This document shows, piece after piece, positions 35,631 through 41,650 of a stretch of DNA of 41,650 nucleotides. The DNA lies in the IMG/VR virus record IMGVR_UViG_3300017747_002967, positions 1 to 41,650 of that record; one strand, 5' to 3'. The stretch is from a virus. Its lineage: Duplodnaviria; Caudoviricetes. The notes under the pieces were generated by a model. It worked only from the letters and a program-made list of their open reading frames with translations. It did no database searches and had not been told where the DNA came from. A program made the translations under genes and the position numbers. Every line of letters begins with the position of its first letter. Within the stretch, counting starts at the first letter, position 1.

Positions 35631-35984
35631 CCCGATCCGTCAACCCCTCGTGAAGTCGCCGAGGACACACTGTTTCCGGTACCGCCGAAAGCGCCGACAG
35701 TGGACCTGTCCGCTGGGCAGCGGCTCACGATCCGCAACAACGAACTGATCGCTGCGGGAGTACACCCGGCGACTCATCGCCCGATCGCCGATGGCGAGTG
35801 GACCTGCGGCGAGTGTGATCGGCACAAGGTCATCGAGTACCACACCCGCACCTACCACAAGTGCGACCGTCACCGCCTCGGGCTGTCTTCGTCGGCATCA
35901 TCCGACATCCGTGTCGGCTGGCCCGCCTGCACATGGTTCCTCCGCAACGGTGCGGATCTCGGCGACATCGCGTTGGAGATCTGA
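35616..35984 (+). CDS. hypothetical Cys-rich protein
   Basis: TCGEC..YHKC..SDIRVGWPAC; RBS GGAGG. Confidence 0.65.
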   Translation: MKSTVPDPSTPREVAEDTLFPVPPKAPTVDLSAGQRLTIRNNELIAAGVHPATHRPIADGEWTCGECDRHKVIEYHTRTYHKCDRHRLGLSSSASSDIRVGWPACTWFLRNGADLGDIALEI

Positions 35985-36841
35985 TGGCGCGCATCCGTTC
36001 GATCAAGCCCGACTTCTTCACGTCGGAGACCATCGCGCAGCTCGACATGACCGACCGTCTGTTGTTCATCGGGCTATGGACGCATGTGGACGACAACGGC
36101 GTGTGTCGCGACGTGCCAGCGCTCATGAAGGCCGCAGTGTTCCCGCTCGACGAGGACGTGACCCTCACGAGAGTTGCAGGAGGGCTCATGAGGCTCGCAT
36201 CGCTTGGTCTCGTGGTCCGCTACAAGGTCGACGGGAAGGGCTACTTGGCCATTCCGTCGTGGACCGAGCACCAGAAGGTGCAGCACCCCGGAAAGCCCCG
36301 CTATCCCGAGCCTGACCAGGCACAAGAGATCCTCACGCCAGACTCAGGAGACTCTCATGAAACTCTCACTCCTGAGCAGGGAGCAGGGAGCAGGGAGCAG
36401 GGATGGGAGCAGGGAGCAGGTGCACGTGGTTGCCGGTCTCACGAGAAACCCAGCACGACGCTTGCGGTGATCGAAACCACGGCCGTCGCTCACGCTCCGG
36501 CGCGCCGCAGGGACCACGCCTTCGATGCGCTCTGCCAAGCGACTGGCACCAACCCTGCTGAACTCACCTCGTCGGCTCGGGGCAAGCTCAACCGAGCGTT
36601 GGCTGAGATTCGTGGCGCATGGCAGGGCACGCCCGAGGAACTGCCGCACGAGATCCTGGTGCGCGCAGCCCGGTACCTCGCACAGTTCGGCGACGCACGC
36701 ATTACCGACGTCGCGTTGGCGAAGCACTGGGGGTCACTGACCCCTGAGTCGGAACTGCTGCAATCAGGGAACGTCCGCAAACAGGCGAGCACCCCCAGCG
36801 TCGTGGACCGCCTTCGTGCCCGTGGCCCGGTGACGGCATGA
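35984..36841 (+). CDS. replication initiator protein
   Basis: MARIRSIKPDFF..RLLFIGLW..DDNG..WTEHQK N-terminal domain; internal repeats. Confidence 0.8.
   Translation: MARIRSIKPDFFTSETIAQLDMTDRLLFIGLWTHVDDNGVCRDVPALMKAAVFPLDEDVTLTRVAGGLMRLASLGLVVRYKVDGKGYLAIPSWTEHQKVQHPGKPRYPEPDQAQEILTPDSGDSHETLTPEQGAGSREQGWEQGAGARGCRSHEKPSTTLAVIETTAVAHAPARRRDHAFDALCQATGTNPAELTSSARGKLNRALAEIRGAWQGTPEELPHEILVRAARYLAQFGDARITDVALAKHWGSLTPESELLQSGNVRKQASTPSVVDRLRARGPVTA
36122..36445. repeat. candidate origin: CTCAnGAr repeats and a GAGCAGG heptamer array
   Basis: CTCAnGAr at 36122, 36164, 36185, 36343, 36354, 36438; six GAGCAGG copies in 36374-36420. Confidence 0.6.
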
Positions 36842-37443
36842 ACTACCAAGAGTCGATCGACGTGATCGCGTCCATCATGCGCCGCTGGGAGCAAGCGAAG
36901 ACGTGGACCGAGGAACACGCCGGGCAATGGGTCGAGGACTTGGCCCCGCTCGACTTCGACCGGTCGTTGACCGCCGTGAAGGACTGCGCCCGCCTTCATC
37001 ACTTCCCGCCGTCATGGGCACAGTTCCACGAGGCCTACCGGGCGGTGACGTTCCGCGAGATCGACCCATCACGAAACCCGCCCGACCCGTCGCGCGCCCT
37101 GGGCGCCGGCTACCTCCCGAAAGCGGAGAACGTGCGTCGTCTCGGCGAACTACGCAAGGCGCTGCGGACGATCGGTAACCCGGCACCGCACAGCCACGGC
37201 TCGCGCAAGGTCCGCACGCTCGACGAGGAAGGCAACCCGCTGCTCGACGAGGAAGGCAACCCGCTGCTCGACGAACACGGCAGCGAGGTCACGACCACGA
37301 TCCGAGGCCCGCTCGCCTGCCCGGTGTGCAGCCAGCACGACTGGAACGCACAGGGGCACCACAAGCCCGAGCACTGCGCGCGCTGCAAGCACCTTGGCGC
37401 CGAGTTCTACGCCTCCGTGACGAAGAACGTGAGCGACCTGTGA
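36838..37443 (+). CDS. putative helicase loader/inhibitor
   Basis: Follows the initiator; W...L..LD....AV..FPPSWA pattern. Confidence 0.55.
   Translation: MNYQESIDVIASIMRRWEQAKTWTEEHAGQWVEDLAPLDFDRSLTAVKDCARLHHFPPSWAQFHEAYRAVTFREIDPSRNPPDPSRALGAGYLPKAENVRRLGELRKALRTIGNPAPHSHGSRKVRTLDEEGNPLLDEEGNPLLDEHGSEVTTTIRGPLACPVCSQHDWNAQGHHKPEHCARCKHLGAEFYASVTKNVSDL
37218..37274 (+). repeat. perfect in-frame 24-bp tandem duplication
   Basis: GCTCGACGAGGAAGGCAACCCGCT x2 plus a partial third copy. Confidence 0.9.
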
Positions 37444-37556
37444 CCGGCTGGTGTCCACCCCTACCCGCAAGCCAGGAGAAGCCCGCATGAATTGGTGGAC
37501 GTGTGAGGCATGCGGTGCGTTGCGCCCAGCCACTGGTGCGGCATGAGGGGTCGACT

Positions 37557-37736
37557 GTGAGTTACACGGCATACCAAGCGTTTCGACGCAACGAGGACAT
37601 CTACGCGGCGGCTCGCGAGTTCTGCGAGGCGTGGCAAGCCGAAGGAGCGCACCGCATCGAGGACGCAGACAAAGCACTCGTCCGTGCGTGCCTGCGCTCG
37701 GCGTTGGACTACCCGGAACAAGCGAGGTCCTGGTGA
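37557..37736 (+). CDS. hypothetical protein
   Basis: RBS GAGGGG; TGATG coupling. Confidence 0.45.
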   Translation: MSYTAYQAFRRNEDIYAAAREFCEAWQAEGAHRIEDADKALVRACLRSALDYPEQARSW

Positions 37737-37900
37737 TGAACGAGTGGGAAGCGTTCGAGGATCTACTCGACGAGTGGTTTGACGACGCCCATCAGTCGAT
37801 CATGCGCCACGACCTCGATCACCTTGTCGAGCGGTTGCAGCGCGAAGGGTTCATCGTCGTGTGTCCACCCCTACCCGCAAGCCCCCAGGAGCAAGCATGA
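37736..37900 (+). CDS. hypothetical protein
   Basis: Coupled; ends in the junction repeat. Confidence 0.5.
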   Translation: MNEWEAFEDLLDEWFDDAHQSIMRHDLDHLVERLQREGFIVVCPPLPASPQEQA

Positions 37901-38055
37901 GCCGCCGAAAGATTGGATGGGCGTTCGTGCAGGGTGTCGCCGTGGTGTTCATGCTCCGCTGCATAGGCGTCGAAGGCTGGCGCTTGATCGGAGCGTCCCT
38001 CGGCCTGTTCGTCGTGATCGAGACCGAGTGGCGCTACCGGCAGGCCGACCGATGA
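37897..38055 (+). CDS. small membrane protein
   Basis: Two hydrophobic segments; RBS AGGAG. Confidence 0.5.
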   Translation: MSRRKIGWAFVQGVAVVFMLRCIGVEGWRLIGASLGLFVVIETEWRYRQADR

Positions 38056-38459
38056 GCACCCCACCACCCGATTGGGGTGACCAGATCCGTGTGTCCGGCA
38101 TCATCCCCGTGTCGAAGGAACTGCTCCAAGAGGGCGGGCATGGCATCGCGTCGTGGATCGCGAAGGAGCTCCACGACTCCATGACCATCGGACCCACCCA
38201 CGGCCCACAACTCCCGGAACCCGACGAGGTAGAGGACCGCACCACAGGCGACGTGATCGACTTGTGGTTGGTGTGGGACGACTCGGACTACTACGGGACC
38301 GACCTTCACGCCACGTGCCGTACCCGTGAGGACGCGATCGCGTTGGCGAGATTGAACAGCGCACGCAAGTACGGCCCGAAGCTGCGCGAGATGTACATCG
38401 AAGGCGTCGCGTTCGACAGCCCTCCCGCACCCCTACCCGCAAGCCAGGAGAAGCCATGA
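38052..38459 (+). CDS. hypothetical protein
   Basis: Coupled; ends in the junction repeat. Confidence 0.55.
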   Translation: MSTPPPDWGDQIRVSGIIPVSKELLQEGGHGIASWIAKELHDSMTIGPTHGPQLPEPDEVEDRTTGDVIDLWLVWDDSDYYGTDLHATCRTREDAIALARLNSARKYGPKLREMYIEGVAFDSPPAPLPASQEKP

Positions 38460-38743
38460 GCAGCCCGCTTGAACGCGAGTTGGCGATGTACGAGGACTAC
38501 AGGGAGCACCTGACCTACTGCATGAGCGTGCTCGGCATCGAGTCTCACCCAGCGCTGCGGGACGTGTCCGAGATCATCTCGCTACTCAACAGCGCTATCG
38601 AGCTCGCCGAGCCGGTCGAAGACCTTCACCAAGAGTTGTGGGTCGGCGACCACGCTGGGATGCGCGCGTGGTTCGACAACTACGACAAGGCCCCCGCCCC
38701 TTCTCTACCTGTAGCCGCAGACCCCAAAAACGAGGACGCATGA
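38456..38743 (+). CDS. hypothetical protein
   Basis: RBS AGGAG; coupled. Confidence 0.55.
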   Translation: MSSPLERELAMYEDYREHLTYCMSVLGIESHPALRDVSEIISLLNSAIELAEPVEDLHQELWVGDHAGMRAWFDNYDKAPAPSLPVAADPKNEDA

Positions 38744-38901
38744 GCGAACGTCGCGAACCAACAGCGAACGCACGCCAGATGGCAGCGGTGTTCCGCGACC
38801 AGTACCTGGCGTTCGTCCAGGAGGGCTTCAGCCCGGCCGAAGCGATGCAGCTCATCGCGTCGATGGTCGCCGCCGCCATGCCCCGAATCGAGCCGTCGTG
38901 A
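38740..38901 (+). CDS. hypothetical protein
   Basis: YLAFVQEGFSPAEAMQL pattern common in actinophages. Confidence 0.6.
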   Translation: MSERREPTANARQMAAVFRDQYLAFVQEGFSPAEAMQLIASMVAAAMPRIEPS

Positions 38902-39119
38902 CCGCGGAAACTGAGCATGGGTGGCGTTCCCCTGAACGCCGCAAAGCAGCCGCAGTAGGAATCGCGGCGGCGCGCGCCGGCCTGCACCGTTCGACGATCG
39001 ACCGGGCCGATCCCGCTGGGGTGACGTGGCGCGCGTCGTGCGTGTGCGGCAAGGCGTACTCCGGGTCGTTCGAGCTCGCAGAGAAATGGGCTACAAGACA
39101 CCCTGAGGAGGGGCAATGA
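38898..39119 (+). CDS. hypothetical protein
   Basis: WRASCVCG..H; coupled. Confidence 0.5.
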   Translation: MTAETEHGWRSPERRKAAAVGIAAARAGLHRSTIDRADPAGVTWRASCVCGKAYSGSFELAEKWATRHPEEGQ

Positions 39120-39304
39120 GCGAAGAACGTGAAGGTTGGGGCTGGCCTGGGTCGAGCCGTAAGGCGCACTACTTCAAGGGCTCGACATCGATCTGCGGCA
39201 AGTGGATGTACACCGGGCTCCTTGAGCAGAGCCAGGGCGGATCGTCCCCTGATGACTGCGTCGTTTGCACGCGCAAACGAGCTGCCGTGGAAGCCGACCG
39301 ATGA
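39116..39304 (+). CDS. small Zn-binding protein
   Basis: GW.WP..SRKAHYF..SICG..CVVC. Confidence 0.6.
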   Translation: MSEEREGWGWPGSSRKAHYFKGSTSICGKWMYTGLLEQSQGGSSPDDCVVCTRKRAAVEADR

Positions 39305-39651
39305 ACGCCCGTGATGTGATCGCCGAGTCGTGGACCGACGAAGCCGAGTACACGCCTGAAAGCATCCTTGCCGCTCTGCGGGCTGCTGCTGGTGGTGCGG
39401 ATCGGGTTGTCCTCGCATGGGAACCGACACCGTGCCCCGAGAGTTGCTACGGGACGACGCGTTCGAGCTGCAAGACATGCAACGGTTCGGGGTTCGTGGG
39501 CGACACCGTTAGCCTCCAAACGCTCGCCAAGCAGGGCAGCACATGCTCATGCGTGGTCGCACCAGAACAGCTTGACGAACCGTGCGCCGTCGTCCCGCTG
39601 TTCCGTCTGGTTGCTGTGTCACCAGAACCCCCGGAAACCGGAGGTGCGTAA
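39301..39651 (+). CDS. hypothetical protein with DnaJ-like CxxCxGxG repeats
   Basis: CPESCYG..CKTCNGSG. Confidence 0.55.
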   Translation: MNARDVIAESWTDEAEYTPESILAALRAAAGGADRVVLAWEPTPCPESCYGTTRSSCKTCNGSGFVGDTVSLQTLAKQGSTCSCVVAPEQLDEPCAVVPLFRLVAVSPEPPETGGA

Positions 39652-39896
39652 TGGGCGTGGACGGTTACGAAGGCGAGTGCCGCTGCTACTACCAGTGCTG
39701 CTGCGGCCCTGAGGACCCGTACGAGCGGATTGTGGCGTTGGAGGCTGAACGGGACCGCCTCGCAGCCACGATCGTCGAAGCGCGCAGCCTGTGGGAGGAG
39801 ATGAAGGCTCCCGCCCACCCTGACTCGGCTGTTCCGTTCCTTCGACTCGACGCTCTCCTGCGGGCGGCTGGGTCTACAGACAGCAGCACCCCGTGA
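39651..39896 (+). CDS. hypothetical protein
   Basis: RBS GGAGGT; coupled. Confidence 0.5.
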   Translation: MGVDGYEGECRCYYQCCCGPEDPYERIVALEAERDRLAATIVEARSLWEEMKAPAHPDSAVPFLRLDALLRAAGSTDSSTP

Positions 39897-40219
39897 GCGC
39901 CCGTGAGGGAACAGTGCAAATCATGCGGTGCGCGTACTGCAACCGCGACAAGGCATGGGCGGACGGGTTCCCGAACCGGATCTACGCCGAGTGCTGGGAG
40001 TGCGTGTGGAAGCACCACCAGGAAGCCGAACACAAGCCGAAGAACAGGCGGTGGCGGCGTGACCGGTCCGTAGGGCGGATGACCCGATGCGCCGACGGTT
40101 CGCTCGTGCACGACTTCAAAGGCCAATCGCGGTGTCCTGGTTGCGGGATCGAAGGGATCACCTTCAACCGCCCGCCCGCTGACCCTCTGCACACCCACAA
40201 CACCCCGGAGCCCCGATGA
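39893..40219 (+). CDS. hypothetical Cys-rich protein
   Basis: CAYC, CWEC, CPGC. Confidence 0.5.
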   Translation: MSAREGTVQIMRCAYCNRDKAWADGFPNRIYAECWECVWKHHQEAEHKPKNRRWRRDRSVGRMTRCADGSLVHDFKGQSRCPGCGIEGITFNRPPADPLHTHNTPEPR

Positions 40220-40650
40220 CGAAACAGAAGCTCGGCCGCCGCGCCCGTCGCCGCATCGCCGCCGCCCGGCTGCAAGGCCTGTACGACGGGCTAGGGCAAC
40301 GCACCCGCAACACGGCGACCCTCCGCACCGAAGCACAGATAGACGCCTATCTCGAAGGCTGGGAACGCGGCCGGGCCACAGCCGCGGATCGACGCCGTGC
40401 GGCCTACCTATCCGTCGTCGACCCTCAAGCGTTGAACGAACGGTTCGAACGGGACTGCGCCAAAGCCGACTCCATCATGGATGACGACTCAATCCCGGAA
40501 GCCGAGCGGCCTGTCCTCGCAGACCTGGCCCTGCTCGGCGGCACAAGGTACGAGTACCTGCTGCATTTGAGCCCGTCCGGGCTACGTACCGACTCTGACT
40601 GCCCGCCCCATCTGAGGGCTATCCCCAAACTCGGCGGCGGGTACTTCTGA
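40216..40650 (+). CDS. hypothetical protein
   Basis: RBS GGAG; coupled. Confidence 0.5.
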   Translation: MTKQKLGRRARRRIAAARLQGLYDGLGQRTRNTATLRTEAQIDAYLEGWERGRATAADRRRAAYLSVVDPQALNERFERDCAKADSIMDDDSIPEAERPVLADLALLGGTRYEYLLHLSPSGLRTDSDCPPHLRAIPKLGGGYF

Positions 40651-40693
40651 TGTTCGTACACCCTCGCCCGACCTGCACCCCGGAGGAAACCAA

Positions 40694-41140
40694 GTGACCA
40701 ACCCGACAGCGAACCTGCGCGCCGTTGAAGTCCGTGCACAAGGACTGGGCCGGGACTGGTCGAAGTTCCGCCAGTTCATCAACCAACGCAAGCAGCCGGC
40801 GTCCTCGTCCGGCGGAGGTGATGGGCGCGGCTCGGACGTGAGCGACCCCACAGGCAACGCGGTCGTCCACATCTCCCACTGGGAGCAGTACGAGCTCGAC
40901 GCCGCCGACCTGACCCGCAAGATCCTCGACCAGATGATCGACCTCGAGAACATGCTGAACAAGGTCCTGAAGGTGCAACGCACCGCAGACGACAAGGCCA
41001 AGGACCGCTGCTCAGGCAAGGTCGACGCGACCTGCACAGAGAACGCATCCGTCGGCCCATCAGGGCGAGCAGACCGAGCCGGGCTTTGCCTCAAGTGCTA
41101 CTGGTCCGACTACCGAGCCAAGCAGAAGGTCGACGCCTGA
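40694..41140 (+). CDS. putative late-gene regulator
   Basis: Last early gene; RBS GGAGG; VSDPTG motif and C-terminal Cys cluster (GLCLKCY); followed by promoter-like DNA. Confidence 0.5.
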   Translation: MTNPTANLRAVEVRAQGLGRDWSKFRQFINQRKQPASSSGGGDGRGSDVSDPTGNAVVHISHWEQYELDAADLTRKILDQMIDLENMLNKVLKVQRTADDKAKDRCSGKVDATCTENASVGPSGRADRAGLCLKCYWSDYRAKQKVDA

Positions 41141-41144
41141 CCCC

Positions 41145-41190
41145 TGCTACGTGACAGGGCTTGCGTTGCTACGTGAAACTGTGGTACAAC
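41145..41190 (+). promoter_or_regulatory. putative late promoter with direct repeats
   Basis: TGCTACGTGA at 41145 and 41167; TTGCGT-N18-TACAAC. Confidence 0.5.
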
Positions 41191-41329
41191 CTGTGGACTG
41201 GCGCTTGCAACCCTTAGGGGATGTGGGCGCCGTTCCGCGTTCCCAGGCTCATCACCTAGGTAGAGCGCGTGTCGGGGCTGTGGGCAACGGCGGCACCCCG
41301 GCCCCACCCCCGACAACCTCGAGGCGCCG

Positions 41330-41575
41330 ATGGGCAGCGAAGGCAGACGCTCAGCCGCCTACCGCAAGACCAGCGCACTGTTCAAGACCGGACAGTTCCC
41401 CTGCCACTTCGGATGCGGACGGCCAGGAACGACAGTGGACCATGAGCCCCCACTCCGAGACTTCCCGAACCCGAACGACTGGCAAGGCCAATGGCTACCC
41501 GCATGCCGCCGCTGCCAGTGCGCCCAAGGCGGAAGACTCCGCACAAGAACCCAACAAACCGAGTGGGTCTGGTGA
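41330..41575 (+). CDS. packaging-associated HNH endonuclease
   Basis: CHFGCG..TTVDH..PACRRC; terminal position preceding terS in the circular map. Confidence 0.8.
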   Translation: MGSEGRRSAAYRKTSALFKTGQFPCHFGCGRPGTTVDHEPPLRDFPNPNDWQGQWLPACRRCQCAQGGRLRTRTQQTEWVW

Positions 41576-41650
41576 CCGATGCACACCGCATGCGAACACG
41601 CCTACTTTCCAAACAACACGCATGCACAACGCATCGACCGGGTCTGAAAA

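Larger units (their letters stand above)
37451..38455 (+). repeat. three copies of a gene-junction repeat CACCCCTACCCGCAAGCC(+AGGAG)
   Basis: Copies at 37451-37483, 37861-37883 and 38428-38455, each just before a start codon. Confidence 0.85.

Noticed and set aside
37451-38455. CRISPR-like array
   Set aside because: Repeats are 400-570 bp apart, separated by ORFs, and there are no cas genes.
41243-41259. tRNA-Met-like anticodon stem-loop (CTCATCA)
   Set aside because: No D- or T-arm consensus and no cloverleaf; treated as part of the late leader.

Overview
The window looks like an essentially complete ~41.6 kb temperate siphovirus genome of a high-GC Actinomycetota host, in standard cos-phage orientation (terminase at the left end, packaging HNH at the right end). 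There is no lysin B, and it carries WhiB, an actinobacterial LexA-like box and an LAxTG sortase substrate. Left arm: terS/terL, an Sm-like gene, HK97-type portal, protease and capsid. Then a six-gene glycan-tailoring cassette (4 glycosyltransferase genes with 5 GT domains, an acetyltransferase and a methyltransferase) sits inside the virion operon. It is followed by neck and tail genes, a lysis cassette, and a duplicated Mtd_N-adaptor/ConA-domain receptor-binding module that includes an SGNH esterase. A central accessory island holds a LysM-lysozyme-like protein, an SOS-box HNH and a sortase-anchored protein, the first and last behind FliA/WhiG-like promoters. Next come an arm-less tyrosine integrase and a repressor with an ssrA-like tail (integration-dependent-immunity layout), then the early/replication arm (Cro/Xis, HNHs, ERF, a two-frame DNA-C5 methyltransferase, WhiB, an iteron-bearing replication protein, many small ORFs). 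The most unusual signals are the glycosylation cassette and a family of at least four dispersed, covarying two-hairpin elements whose mismatches and reverse -10 boxes point to cis-antisense small RNAs over start codons. All functional calls come from motif recognition by eye; no searches were run.
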